DNA from: Deltaproteobacteria bacterium
Lineage (GTDB): Bacteria; Desulfobacterota; Desulfobacteria; Desulfobacterales; ETH-SRB1
Assembly: GCA_030262895.1 (NCBI GenBank)
Contig: JAJSZW010000001.1
Span: 16,360-80,359, forward strand
Reading direction: 5' to 3'
DNA: 64,000 nt
Of this stretch, positions 8,208-18,622 are shown piece by piece; positions within the stretch are counted from its first letter, which is position 1, and every line of letters starts with the position of its first letter. The notes below the pieces were generated by a model. That model did no database searches. It saw only the letters and a program-made list of their open reading frames with translations, and was not told where the DNA came from. The position numbers and the translations under genes are program-made.

Positions 8208-8597
8208 AGACAAAAGTTTCTTTATCATTGCCCCCAATTCTTCGGGCTCGACCGGTTTTTCAAGATAGGCTTCCGGTTCCGGCACCGGTTGATCTCCAAA
8301 CTCGTCAAGGGCCTTCTGAGAGCGGAGAAAGGTTCTTTTGGCTATTCCGGAAAGCACGATTACCGGAATGTCACTAAATTGAGAATCCGTTTTTAATGCA
8401 CGATACATCTTGATACCGCTTTCCTTAGGCATTAATATATCCAGGATAATTAAAGCCGGTTTTTCCTCTTTGACCTTACCCATACCCTCTTCGCCGTCTT
8501 TTGCAATCTCCGGCTTATAGCCACTGTCTTCCACAACGCTTGAAGAAAATGTTCTCACATCAACGTCATCATCAACAATCAGCACCTTTTTCGCCAT
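8205..8597 (-). CDS. Stand-alone response regulator receiver protein
   Basis: VLIVDDD, ILDILMPKESG, LEKPV. Confidence 0.9.
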   Translation of the reverse strand: MAKKVLIVDDDVDVRTFSSSVVEDSGYKPEIAKDGEEGMGKVKEEKPALIILDILMPKESGIKMYRALKTDSQFSDIPVIVLSGIAKRTFLRSQKALDEFGDQPVPEPEAYLEKPVEPEELGAMIKKLLS

Positions 8598-8643
8598 AAT
8601 GAATTCCTCCTTTTAGTATAATTTTGTAAAAATCATTTTTGCC

Positions 8644-10272
8644 CTAAACCTTCTTTCCCTGAAGCCGGATGGTAAATGTTGTTCCCTTGCCGAGTCGGGA
8701 TACTACATCCATGGTTCCGCCGTGCTCATTTACAATCTTTTGTGTAACCAGTAACCCGAGGCCGGTACCTCGCGTTCCTTTTGTACTAAAAAATTCGGCA
8801 AAAAGCTTGCTTTGAGTTTCCTCGCCCATACCACAACCATTGTCTATAACTTCGAATTCCACGCCGCTCTTGTTCTCACGTCGTGTCCTTACTTTTACAT
8901 ACCACTGTTTTTGCGTATCAAGATCAAAAACACAGGCATCTATTGCATTTGAAACCAGATTAAGAAGACAACTATGTATTCCTTTTGGGTCAAGATATAT
9001 CTCACCCATCTCCCTGTCAATATCCCTGATCAGGTCGATATCATATTCCTTTGCCTTTGATTCCATAAGATCGCAGACTTCATCTGCTATAATATTCGGA
9101 TTATATATTTCATATTCAGGTTCTCGTTCTTTAGAATAAGTGAGAAGATCCAGAACAAGATCGGAAACTTTATGTATATTTCTTTCCACCATCTCCCAGC
9201 CGGTTTTCAATTTTTTTTGCTGGCGTTCCCTTTCAGTGTTTATATCTATAATTCGCTTCAGAGATCGTGCTTGAAGAGGCGCGGTAAACATATTGCTATA
9301 GTCTATTTTATTTTCCGCCGCCCAGTCAGCCGCTCCCTTTTTAAGAGCGGTATTTACTATGTAAAGACCGCCTTTCAAGCCATTTAAGATGTTTTTGACG
9401 CCATGAGCAAGACCGGCTACGGTCTGCCCTATAGCTGCCAGTCTTTCAGATTTAATCAGTTCTTTTTCCAGGCGTTTAATTTTTCTAAGATCCTGGAAAA
9501 AGCCGACACTTCCTATTGGCTTGTCGCCTTCATACAGCATTGCGCACGAAAATCTTACAGGCACTGCTTCGCCGCTCTTTGCTGAAACAAATGCTTCATC
9601 TCCAACAAAAATATCGCTTGCATTCCGATCTTTACCTGCAAAAACATCAGAGATTTTTTGAGATATCCCTTCAGGGTAAAAATTGCCGGCATTCATGGCA
9701 CTTTTGGCTTCATTCACAGTATATCCAAACATCTCTTCCGCAGCAGGATTAAATATTATTATATTCTCTTCTTTATCCGTGGCAACAATCCCATCGATCG
9801 AACGCTGTACAAGCTTATCCTCAAACTCATATCTTCTCTTGATCTCTTCGGTTTTTTCCTTTACCATATTCCAAAGATCATTGGCATAGTTATTCAATGT
9901 CTTTTTTGTTTTCAGCCGTTCCTCAGCCCTTTCTAAGGCAATTGAAAGGAGTTGATCGCTCACCGGCTTGGTTATAAAATCAGATGCTCCAAGATGAAGC
10001 GATTGTATGGCGGATTCCATATCACCATGTCCGGTAATAACAATTACCTCTACCTCAGGGTTAATCTCCTTGATTCTTCTCAAGACTTCTATTCCATCCA
10101 TCCCGGGCATCTTTATATCGGTAAGCACTATTGGAAAGAATTCTTTTTGAAACAAGTCAATTCCCTGCTGTCCGCTCGCTGCAGTTGCTACATCATATCC
10201 ATCACTTTTAAGAGATATGCTGAAGACTTTTCTAATGCCCTCTTCGTCATCGATCAGTAAAAGTTTTGACAT
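8644..10272 (-). CDS. Hybrid REC-PAS-histidine kinase
   Basis: N-terminal REC (LIDDE, TDIKMPG), PAS, H-box AGLAHGVKN, N/G boxes (NLVSNA, DNGCG, GTGLGL); start at MSKLL. Confidence 0.9.
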   Translation of the reverse strand: MSKLLLIDDEEGIRKVFSISLKSDGYDVATAASGQQGIDLFQKEFFPIVLTDIKMPGMDGIEVLRRIKEINPEVEVIVITGHGDMESAIQSLHLGASDFITKPVSDQLLSIALERAEERLKTKKTLNNYANDLWNMVKEKTEEIKRRYEFEDKLVQRSIDGIVATDKEENIIIFNPAAEEMFGYTVNEAKSAMNAGNFYPEGISQKISDVFAGKDRNASDIFVGDEAFVSAKSGEAVPVRFSCAMLYEGDKPIGSVGFFQDLRKIKRLEKELIKSERLAAIGQTVAGLAHGVKNILNGLKGGLYIVNTALKKGAADWAAENKIDYSNMFTAPLQARSLKRIIDINTERERQQKKLKTGWEMVERNIHKVSDLVLDLLTYSKEREPEYEIYNPNIIADEVCDLMESKAKEYDIDLIRDIDREMGEIYLDPKGIHSCLLNLVSNAIDACVFDLDTQKQWYVKVRTRRENKSGVEFEVIDNGCGMGEETQSKLFAEFFSTKGTRGTGLGLLVTQKIVNEHGGTMDVVSRLGKGTTFTIRLQGKKV

Positions 10273-10289
10273 ATAATTTCTGTTACCTC

Positions 10290-10360
10290 TCACAGTTGGC
10301 AGTTAACGGTTTCTCAAAACATAAAACCGTGAACTGTAAACCGACAACCGTGAACTGCTA
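10290..10360. repeat. Inverted heptamer element (GTTCACG/CGTGAAC, family B)
   Basis: CACAGTTGGCAGTTAACGGTT ... AACCGTGAACTGTAAACCGACAACCGTGAAC; closely matches 38648-38735. Confidence 0.7.
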
Positions 10361-12397
10361 TTCTGAAATAGCGGGAAATGTCATTTTAAAGGAAGTCCCC
10401 ACATTTTCTTTACTTTCAACAGTGATCTCTCCCCCATAGTCTTTAACAATCTCATAACTTATAGACAACCCAAGTCCTGTTCCAGCGCCGATTTTTTTGG
10501 TTGTAAGAAATGGTTCAAAGATCTTGTCAATAATATCAGCCGGTATCCCCTTTCCGTTATCTGAAACTATTGCTACAACTTGTTTGTCTTCCGCAAAAGT
10601 CCTGACCTTTATAATTTTTTTCCAGGTTTTTCCTCTTTCCTCCAAAGCATCACGCGCATTAGTAATCAGATTAATAAATACCTGCTCCAGTCTGTTATGA
10701 TCCGCCAGTATTGGAGGAAGATTTTCAGCAAGATCCAACTCTATATCTATCTGATGAAGAATTAATTGCTGATTTAATACCTTGAAGACATCGGCAATCG
10801 GTTTATTGATATTAACCTCGGATCGTGTAGCGTCAGATGGTCTTGCAAATTCTCTCATATGATTGATTATCTCACTCGCCCGGTCAACATACCTGCTCAT
10901 CTCTTCTGCCATGGTACGAAATGTCTCTTTATCTATACTTTCACCTCTGCCTATCATCTTTATAAAAAAATCACTCCCCACCTTAATGACATTGAGCGGC
11001 TGATTCAACTCATGAGCAATGCCGGAAGCCATAGTGCCAAGTGCCGACATCTTGCCGGCCTGAATTAATTGAGCTTCTTTTTCAACGCTTTCAGTAACAT
11101 CAGAAGTCGTTATAATCAGCACATTTTGCTTCATATATTCTGCAGGACGTACATGAATGTTGACATAAAAAAATCCATTATCTTTCCTGCAATGCTGCCT
11201 TTTTAAATAAAGGAGAGTCTTGCCCTTTTTAATTGAAGCAAAATCATCAATTATATCTTTGTATGCTATGTTTGAAAGATCAAAAAAGGACTTTTGCAGA
11301 AATTCTTCTCGTGAATAGCCATAATAGCCTTGAGCTGTCTCATTTACATCCAGGATGGCAAATGTCCCGCCGTCGACAATAAAAATCGGATTCGGATCAG
11401 CATTGAACAGATCCCGGTATTTTTTTTCAGAAATTATCAATTCCATTTCAAATTGATTGAGACTGAAAAGCATGTGTTTAAATGAATCGGCCAGACGCGT
11501 TATTTCATCTCCGGAGTATTTTTTATAAATTTCGCACTTAATACACCCCTCAAGCTTTTCCGGAAACTTTTCTGAATGCTTTGACCGACAGAGAGTATTC
11601 TGCACAAACCAGCACGGCATGTCTGTCCCGCCATATGCAGGACACTCTGTTTTGTTACAATCCGATTCTTCCCAACACTTAATAGTTTTGCCGAATTGGA
11701 TTATGGATTTTCCGTGACTGGCCAGGTTTGCCATGGAGGTAAGCCTGGAAATAGGACGTGTAATATAATGCGAAAGCCACAGAGTCAGAAAAAACCCCGC
11801 AGCTCCAATAAGAATCAGGGTAACTACAATTTCACGGTTTCTAAGCGCTATAATTCTTTTTTCTGTTGGTAACCAGCTAATCCCCACAGACAATACACCC
11901 AGCATATTTTTTTCTGTTCCGTGACACTCATTGCAAGCTTTTTCATTTTTGATGGGCATAGCATAGCTGATAACTTTTTCTTTCCCATAGTATTCAAAGC
12001 CATTAACCAGGCTTTTGCTTTGCAAACTCCTTTTAGTAATTTCAGAATTAATTGAACTGCCGATAAGGTCGGCATTGCCGGCATGCTTTATAATTCCGTT
12101 CCAATCACAAAGAATGATTCTATGTAACTCTTCAGCTTCATTCAAGTCTTCTAATATTTTCTGAACATATTCCATCTCACCGTCGAGCATCGGATATTCA
12201 ATGCTTCGCATAACAATATTGCTGACCTTAAGCGCCCTGCTCTCTTGCTCCACAGTATAAAACTTTATCTGCCTTATTGTCTGGTAATAAGTAAAAAAGC
12301 CCATTACGCTACACAAAATCAGGGAGAACCCCAATATTATTTTATTTCTCAGGTTATTGCGAACAAGATTTGAGATAAAGGCTATTTTAAATGGCAT
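10358..12397 (-). CDS. Membrane sensor histidine kinase (periplasmic CxxCH, HAMP with Cys-rich insert, PAS, HisKA, HATPase)
   Basis: 2 TM; CNECH; CW..C..CPAY..CW..C..C..C insert; [19 protein letters not shown]. Confidence 0.9.
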   Translation of the reverse strand: MPFKIAFISNLVRNNLRNKIILGFSLILCSVMGFFTYYQTIRQIKFYTVEQESRALKVSNIVMRSIEYPMLDGEMEYVQKILEDLNEAEELHRIILCDWNGIIKHAGNADLIGSSINSEITKRSLQSKSLVNGFEYYGKEKVISYAMPIKNEKACNECHGTEKNMLGVLSVGISWLPTEKRIIALRNREIVVTLILIGAAGFFLTLWLSHYITRPISRLTSMANLASHGKSIIQFGKTIKCWEESDCNKTECPAYGGTDMPCWFVQNTLCRSKHSEKFPEKLEGCIKCEIYKKYSGDEITRLADSFKHMLFSLNQFEMELIISEKKYRDLFNADPNPIFIVDGGTFAILDVNETAQGYYGYSREEFLQKSFFDLSNIAYKDIIDDFASIKKGKTLLYLKRQHCRKDNGFFYVNIHVRPAEYMKQNVLIITTSDVTESVEKEAQLIQAGKMSALGTMASGIAHELNQPLNVIKVGSDFFIKMIGRGESIDKETFRTMAEEMSRYVDRASEIINHMREFARPSDATRSEVNINKPIADVFKVLNQQLILHQIDIELDLAENLPPILADHNRLEQVFINLITNARDALEERGKTWKKIIKVRTFAEDKQVVAIVSDNGKGIPADIIDKIFEPFLTTKKIGAGTGLGLSISYEIVKDYGGEITVESKENVGTSFKMTFPAISE

Positions 12398-12406
12398 TGT
12401 TAAATA

Positions 12407-14278
12407 CTATTTACTCGAATGAATATTATACTTTTTTAGCTTTGCATAGAGAGTGCTGCGGCTGATGTTCAGTTTTTTTGCAACCTGCAATTTATTCCAT
12501 TTATACTCCTCCAGCACTCTGGCAAGAAACTTTTTTTCGTTATCTTGAAAGGAGCTTATTTTTTGCTCTTTGTTTACAATAGAGTATATATCAAGCGGAA
12601 GGCTTTGTCCGCTGATAAATTCATTTTTGGTAAGAATAAATGCATGTTCAATAATATTTTCCAATTCCCTTACATTCCCGGGCCAATTGTAACGCATCAA
12701 TGTGTCCATAGCTTCCGAAGAAATTCCTTTTACCTTTTTATTCCCTCGCAAGTTCAGCCTTTTTAAAAAATGTTCAACTATAAGCGATATATCATTTCGT
12801 CTCACCCGAAGGGGAGGAATATTTATTGGAATAACATTCAAACGATAATATAGGTCCTCCCGGAAGTTCCCATTTTCCACCTCTTTTTTTAAATCCTTGT
12901 TGGTAGCCGCTATTACTCTGATATCCACCTCAATAGTTTCTATACCCCCCGATCTTTCAAACTTTTGAAATTGAAGAAATCTGAGGAGTTTAACCTGTGA
13001 CATCAGAGGAATTTCTCCAATTTCATCCAAAAAAAGAGTTCCCTTGTCTGCTAATTCAAATCGTCCGAGCTTCCGATGGGTTGCGCCGGTAAATGCTCCT
13101 TTCTCATGGCCGAACAACTCGCTTTCAAGTAGTGTCTGTGGATAGGCGGAACAATTCACAACAATAAAAGGATTGTCTTTTCGATAACTATGCAAATGAA
13201 CGGCTCTTGCTACAAGCTCTTTCCCGGAACCGCTCTCTCCCTGAATCAGCACGGTTGCATCGGTAGGAGCTATATCCAAAATCAACTTATAGAGCTGCTG
13301 CATTTTATGATCTTTTCCGACAATACCTCCATAGCCTGAAAACATTTTGACCTTATTCTCCAGCTCCTTCATTTTTTCGTTGTTCAGGGCAATTCTTCTT
13401 ATAATGCCCGCAACCTGTGAAAGCATAAGATAGAGAAAGCGTAAATCTTTTCCGGAAAAAACAATATGCTCAGGGGCAAGCAAAATTACCACCCCAATAA
13501 CCTCATCTTCCTTAATTATCGGAACAAGGGAGATCGAGCCATAGCCGTCAAAGCTTTCCAACCAGGGATATCCACTATCTCTAAGTTCATCAATATTCAT
13601 GGGATGACGCATCAATGCAATATTCGAAATAAGGCCTTCTCTATCTTCAATACTCAGTTCTCTGTACCCATTAACCTTAACAAATCCTTTTTTCTCTTTA
13701 TTAAGAATAAGTGGGGCAATCTCTTCAAAAGAGAGTATATTTTTGGTTTGGTTGATTATAAAATCAAACGCCTCTCCAAGGGATTTCTTTTCACTGGTCC
13801 TGCGGGTTATATCGCAAAGAGATTCCATTTCCTTGTACGATTTTTCAAGTTCTCCGGTCTTTTCTTTTACAGCTTTTTCAAGATTGTAGGTATAATTTTT
13901 GAGTCTTTTTTTGATTTTCAATTTCTCTTCAGCGCGTTTTAATGCAACTGAAAGGGCTTCTTTACTGATAGGTTTTGTAATAAAATCAGATGCATCAAGC
14001 TGTAATGATTTTACAGCAAGCTTCATATCACCATCGCCTGTTATTACAATAACCTCTGTCTCCGGATTTATCTCTTTGATCCTTCTTAAAACACCTATAC
14101 CATCCGTTCCCGGCATTTTTATATCCGTCAAAACAATAGAAGGGGCTTCTTTTTCAAAAAGCTCAATTCCGCGCTTTCCGTTTTTCGCTGTTATAACATC
14201 ATAACCCTCACTTCTAAGCGATATGCTCAGCAGTTTTCTGATGCCCGCTTCATCATCTATTAACAAGATTTTTAACAT
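12407..14278 (-). CDS. Sigma-54-dependent response regulator (REC, GAF-like, AAA+, HTH)
   Basis: Intact [39 protein letters not shown]. Confidence 0.92.
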   Translation of the reverse strand: MLKILLIDDEAGIRKLLSISLRSEGYDVITAKNGKRGIELFEKEAPSIVLTDIKMPGTDGIGVLRRIKEINPETEVIVITGDGDMKLAVKSLQLDASDFITKPISKEALSVALKRAEEKLKIKKRLKNYTYNLEKAVKEKTGELEKSYKEMESLCDITRRTSEKKSLGEAFDFIINQTKNILSFEEIAPLILNKEKKGFVKVNGYRELSIEDREGLISNIALMRHPMNIDELRDSGYPWLESFDGYGSISLVPIIKEDEVIGVVILLAPEHIVFSGKDLRFLYLMLSQVAGIIRRIALNNEKMKELENKVKMFSGYGGIVGKDHKMQQLYKLILDIAPTDATVLIQGESGSGKELVARAVHLHSYRKDNPFIVVNCSAYPQTLLESELFGHEKGAFTGATHRKLGRFELADKGTLFLDEIGEIPLMSQVKLLRFLQFQKFERSGGIETIEVDIRVIAATNKDLKKEVENGNFREDLYYRLNVIPINIPPLRVRRNDISLIVEHFLKRLNLRGNKKVKGISSEAMDTLMRYNWPGNVRELENIIEHAFILTKNEFISGQSLPLDIYSIVNKEQKISSFQDNEKKFLARVLEEYKWNKLQVAKKLNISRSTLYAKLKKYNIHSSK

Positions 14279-14296
14279 AACAATTCTTTATATTTT

Positions 14297-14461
14297 GAGA
14301 CCGTTGAAAAATGATCAGTTTTGTTACAGTTCAAGGAAGGCGAAAATTTTAAACGTAGTAATACATTGAGTATTTCGAGGCTTAAAATTTGAGCCTGACA
14401 CCGACACTTTAGTGAAGCTTTAGCGCTAATTGGACAAAAGGGGGCGTTTTGCAAAGGTCTC
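14297..14461. mobile_element. MITE with GAGACC...GGTCTC termini
   Basis: GAGACCGTTGAAAAA / TTTTGCAAAGGTCTC; second copy at 51076-51217; termini recall IS5-family (IS1106-like) ends, from memory. Confidence 0.78.
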
Positions 14462-14747
14462 ATTTCAGGTTGTGCATCACTTCGATGTAATTCAAAATAG
14501 TTTGCTTTCGAAAATTAGAAATAATTTAAAAATAATAGGACAATATTTAGTGCATTGTCAATATAATAAGTGTTTAAGTGTTTAATTGAGCGCTGATTTT
14601 TGCCTTCTGTTTTGTTTACAAAAAACGGTTATCATGATATAAGTAAAATTTATATGATTTGTGAATCAATTCATAAGTATCTATAAATGTAAAGAATCCA
14701 GGTCAAGAAGACGTTTTTCTCTGACATATAAATATAGGGTGGAAAAA

Positions 14748-16418
14748 ATGAACACTGAACGCGAAAAGATCGAATTTGATGTGCTGTTTGTTGGCGGCGG
14801 CCCTGCAAGCCTTGCGGGCGCAATAAGATTGATGCAGATTGCAAGAGAAAAAGATATAAATCTTGAAGTGGCTCTCATTGAAAAAGGATCGGATATAGGA
14901 TCAAATGCTTTGAGCGGAGCTGTTTTAAATCCCATTGCATTAAAAGAGCTTGTACCTGATTTTCTGCAAAGAGGCTGTCCAATTGAAAAAACGGTAAGGG
15001 GTGACGAATTTTACTTCCTGACAAAGAATAAATATTATCATCTACCTATTATACCAAGATACATGCATAACAAAAATTTCTTTATTATCAGTCTATCTAA
15101 ATTTACAAAGTGGCTTGCGGGCATAGCAGAAGAACTTGGGGTAAATATATTCCCGGGTTTTGCAGGGAAAGAGATTCTTTATGCCTTAGATCAAAAGACA
15201 ATAACCGGAGTTCGCACAGGTGATAAAGGACTTGGAAAGGACGGTGCCCCAAAAGGCAATTTTGAACCAGGAATAGATTTGCTGGCTAAAGTTACTGTTT
15301 TGGGAGAAGGTTCAAAGGGAAGTCTCCTCAAAGATATTGAGGAAAAGCTTGATATTTTTTCCGGAAAGATGCCGCAGGTTTTTGAAACCGGGATTAAAGA
15401 AGTTATACAGCTTCCTGAAAAAAACTATTTTACAACCAGCAAAGGCAACGATATTCATACTTGCGGTTATCCATTAGGCATTAATACACCGGGTGGTGGA
15501 TTTATTTATGAAATGAAAGACAACAAGGTTTCCATAGGATTTCTTACAGCTCTGTCCTATAGGGACCCAAGGCTTGATCCTTACGAAGAATTCATAAAAT
15601 TCAAGCGACATCCTTTTGTGGCAGATATTATTAAAAATGGTAAAGTAATAGAACAAGGCGCAAGGACTGTTCCTACCGGAGGATATTTTACAATGCCGGT
15701 GCTCTCTGTTGATGGTGGAGTATTTGTCGGGGGCTGCGCTTCAATACATAATACTCCGGGGCTTAAAGGTATCCATGTATCTATGAAGTCCGGTATGCTG
15801 GCAGCAGAAGCGATTGTGGAATCTATTGAAAAGAACAGCTTTACTCAGAAGACTCTCGGTCATTATCATGAATTATTTGAAAAAAGCTGGGTAAAGGAAG
15901 AAATTTTTGAAGGAAGAAATTTTTCACAGGCGCTTTCGAAAAGCGGATTGTTTAAATTTATACTTCTTGGAGCTCAATATTTCACAAAAGGACGGGGTAT
16001 ATATGATAATATGCCTATTGAAGAAGATTGCAAAACATTAAGGATTGCAGAAAATGGTGGGCATGCCGGGAAAAATTTGGACAAAAAGGTTTTTGATGGT
16101 GTTTTGTATGTAGATAAACTTACAGGTGTTTATCTTTCAAAAACCATGCACAGGGAGGACCAGCCGTGCCACATTATAGTTCATGATAAGAATTTATGTG
16201 TTAATCAATGCTACACAAATTATCAATGCCCCTGCACTAAATTTTGTCCAGGTAATGTTTACGAAATTGAAATAGACGAAAAGACTTCTCAAAGACGACT
16301 TAAACTTAACCCAGCCAACTGCCTTCACTGCAAAACTTGCGAGATCAAGGATCCGTTCAGGAATATTACCTGGACATGCCCGGAGGGTGGCGATGGCCCA
16401 GGTTATACTATACTTTAG
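14748..16418 (+). CDS. Electron transfer flavoprotein:quinone oxidoreductase (ETF-QO)
   Basis: FAD motif VGGGPAS, LSGAVL, KGIHVSMKSG; C-terminal Fe-S cysteines FCP...NCLHCKTCEIKDP...PEGGDGP. Confidence 0.9.
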   Translation: MNTEREKIEFDVLFVGGGPASLAGAIRLMQIAREKDINLEVALIEKGSDIGSNALSGAVLNPIALKELVPDFLQRGCPIEKTVRGDEFYFLTKNKYYHLPIIPRYMHNKNFFIISLSKFTKWLAGIAEELGVNIFPGFAGKEILYALDQKTITGVRTGDKGLGKDGAPKGNFEPGIDLLAKVTVLGEGSKGSLLKDIEEKLDIFSGKMPQVFETGIKEVIQLPEKNYFTTSKGNDIHTCGYPLGINTPGGGFIYEMKDNKVSIGFLTALSYRDPRLDPYEEFIKFKRHPFVADIIKNGKVIEQGARTVPTGGYFTMPVLSVDGGVFVGGCASIHNTPGLKGIHVSMKSGMLAAEAIVESIEKNSFTQKTLGHYHELFEKSWVKEEIFEGRNFSQALSKSGLFKFILLGAQYFTKGRGIYDNMPIEEDCKTLRIAENGGHAGKNLDKKVFDGVLYVDKLTGVYLSKTMHREDQPCHIIVHDKNLCVNQCYTNYQCPCTKFCPGNVYEIEIDEKTSQRRLKLNPANCLHCKTCEIKDPFRNITWTCPEGGDGPGYTIL

Positions 16419-16496
16419 GGTTTGTAAGGGCTCGGGGCTAATAATATTGCCACTTGACTGTTTTGTTAAACTGGCATAATTATTATAATAAACATT

Positions 16497-16740
16497 GTAA
16501 CCGTTCACGGTTACCGGTTATACAGTTCACGGTTCAAAAAGACAAAAAGCAGAAGCGAATTATGGGATCGGCTGCGGAGCTGAGAACACAGATTTATATT
16601 TCACGAGAGGTTAATATATTTTCTGATTTAGATGCGAAAGAATTAATTCAAAAGTTGAAATCAAGATCCAAAATGCTTCAATCGTTGCATAGTTCATTGA
16701 AAAAACTGTGAACTGTGAACCGACAACCGTGAACGGTTAC
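16497..16740. mobile_element. Family-B element with perfect 16-bp terminal inverted repeats carrying a four-helix-bundle gene remnant
   Basis: GTAACCGTTCACGGTT ... AACCGTGAACGGTTAC, with internal heptamer arrays. Confidence 0.8.
16562..16711 (+). pseudogene. C-terminal remnant of a four-helix-bundle (23S-IVS-protein-like, TIGR02436-type) gene
   Basis: GSAAELRTQIYISREVN...KELIQKLKSRSKMLQSLHSSL matches the family pattern GSxxExxTQLxIA...I.KML.xL; the N-terminal half is missing. Confidence 0.7.
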
Positions 16741-16773
16741 TAAACATTTATATCTTTGGAGAATAACTATTAT

Positions 16774-17523
16774 ATGCCTTTTTCAATTGCTCTGGCCGGA
16801 AAAGGAGGTACAGGCAAAACTACAATAGCCGGCATGCTGATAAAATATTTGGTGATCAAGGGGAAAGTCCCTGTACTTGCAGTAGATGCGGATTCAAATG
16901 CAAATCTAAACGAAGTGCTTGGCCTTGAGGTTAAAGATACACTTGGGAATGTCCGTGAAGAAATGAAAAAAGGAAAAGTCCCCAGCGGTATGACCAAAGA
17001 TGTCTTTATGTCAATGAAACTGGAACAGGCTATTGTTGAAACCGAAGGATATGATCTAATTGTTATGGGACAACCTGAAGGAACGGGTTGTTACTGTGCT
17101 GCTAATAATCTTCTAACAGGATTTCTTGAACGGCTTACAGGCAACTATCCTTATATAGTAATGGATAATGAGGCCGGCATGGAGCATATCAGCCGTTTAA
17201 CAACAAGAAACGTTGATGTTCTGCTTGTTGTTTCCGACACATCAAGGCGAGGACTTCAAACAGCTATTAGAATTAACCGACTTGCAGATAAATTAAATAT
17301 AGGGGTTTCAAAAAGCTGTCTGATTATCAATAAGGTAAAGGAGAAACCATCTGAAGTTGTATTCGATATGATTCAAAATAATGGTATTGAAATCGCCGGA
17401 ACAATACCTGACGATACTACACTTTACGAATATGACTTAAATGGAATCCCTACTATTAAAATGCCTAATGATAATAAAGCTGTTAAAGCGGCATTTGAAA
17501 TATTTAATACTATTATTAAATAA
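16774..17523 (+). CDS. CooC/AcsF-family nickel-insertion ATPase
   Basis: GKGGTGKT, DADSNANL, GCYC motif, DNEAGMEHISR. Confidence 0.88.
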   Translation: MPFSIALAGKGGTGKTTIAGMLIKYLVIKGKVPVLAVDADSNANLNEVLGLEVKDTLGNVREEMKKGKVPSGMTKDVFMSMKLEQAIVETEGYDLIVMGQPEGTGCYCAANNLLTGFLERLTGNYPYIVMDNEAGMEHISRLTTRNVDVLLVVSDTSRRGLQTAIRINRLADKLNIGVSKSCLIINKVKEKPSEVVFDMIQNNGIEIAGTIPDDTTLYEYDLNGIPTIKMPNDNKAVKAAFEIFNTIIK

Positions 17524-17592
17524 TTTAATAGGAATTTCCATTGTAACTTCTCAAAAAGTTCGGCTAAAGATAAAAAAGATTCGCCCCAATCA

Positions 17593-17617
17593 GGGCGATC
17601 ACAAGGATCGCCCCTAC
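17593..17617 (-). repeat. REP-like sequence (GTAG plus hairpin)
   Basis: Minus strand GTAGGGGCGATCCTTGTGATCGCCC; remnant GATTCGCCCC adjacent at 17578. Confidence 0.7.
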
Positions 17618-17638
17618 TAATTTAATTAAGAGACAATT

Positions 17639-18589
17639 ATGAATAAAACCGGCTTTTTATATGATGAAAGATATTTACTTCACGATACCGGCCCATACCA
17701 TCCTGAAGTTCCTGCAAGGCTGGAAGCTATTTATAACGGAATAAAAGGCGCAAACCTTCTTTCCATGCTGACCTTGATCAACGCAAGCCATGCGGATCTT
17801 AAATGGATAGAAACTGTGCATGAGAGAGACTATATTAATCGCTTTAAAGAAGCTTGTCTTGCAGGAAAAAAGATATTCGACAGTCCGGACAATCAGATGT
17901 GCCCTGAAACTTATGATACAGCCCTGCTTGCAGTGGGAGGCATTCTTGATACAATAGATCTGGTCATGAAAAACAAAATTGATAATGCATTCTGTGCTGT
18001 AAGGCCTCCAGGGCATCATGCTGAAATTAACAAAGCTATGGGGTTCTGCTATTTTAACAATGTTGCAATTGCTGCAAGGTATCTTCAAAAAAAATGGGAT
18101 ATAAAAAAGGTCGGAATCTTGGATTTTGATGTCCATCATGGTAATGGGACTCAACATATTTTTGAAGAAGATCCATCTGTATTTTATTATTCAATTCATC
18201 AGCATCCCTCATTTGGATACCCGGGTACCGGCCGAGAATTTGAAAAGGGATCAGGGCCCGGCTATGGATTTACATTGAACTCTCCGGTTTTGCCGGACCA
18301 GGGAGACAGTGAATACAAGAAATTTTTTGAAAATGATCTTTTAGCTGCCTTTGAAACATTCAAGCCTGAAGTTATTATTGTATCTGCAGGTTTTGATGCT
18401 CATATTGATGATGATATGTCAGATATCAGGTTGTCAACAGAAGGCTTTTCATGGATAATGGAAAAAATAGTCGAAATGGCAGGCATTTATTCTAACGGTA
18501 GATTAATTTCCGTGCTGGAGGGAGGATATTCCCTTAAACGCCTTCCTGAGCTGGCAAAAAATCATGTTGAAATTTTATTAAATAGTTAA
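17639..18589 (+). CDS. Histone deacetylase family (AcuC-like) Zn deacetylase
   Basis: HPE, RPPGHHA, GFCYFNN, DVHHGNGTQ, SAGFDAH, LEGGY. Confidence 0.92.
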   Translation: MNKTGFLYDERYLLHDTGPYHPEVPARLEAIYNGIKGANLLSMLTLINASHADLKWIETVHERDYINRFKEACLAGKKIFDSPDNQMCPETYDTALLAVGGILDTIDLVMKNKIDNAFCAVRPPGHHAEINKAMGFCYFNNVAIAARYLQKKWDIKKVGILDFDVHHGNGTQHIFEEDPSVFYYSIHQHPSFGYPGTGREFEKGSGPGYGFTLNSPVLPDQGDSEYKKFFENDLLAAFETFKPEVIIVSAGFDAHIDDDMSDIRLSTEGFSWIMEKIVEMAGIYSNGRLISVLEGGYSLKRLPELAKNHVEILLNS

Positions 18590-18622
18590 GTTGTTTGGAA
18601 GTCAAAATGTTTGGAGGATAAA

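Noticed and set aside
16497..16740. Diversity-generating retroelement (Avd-like remnant)
   Set aside because: No reverse transcriptase and no TR/VR pair differing at adenines was seen.
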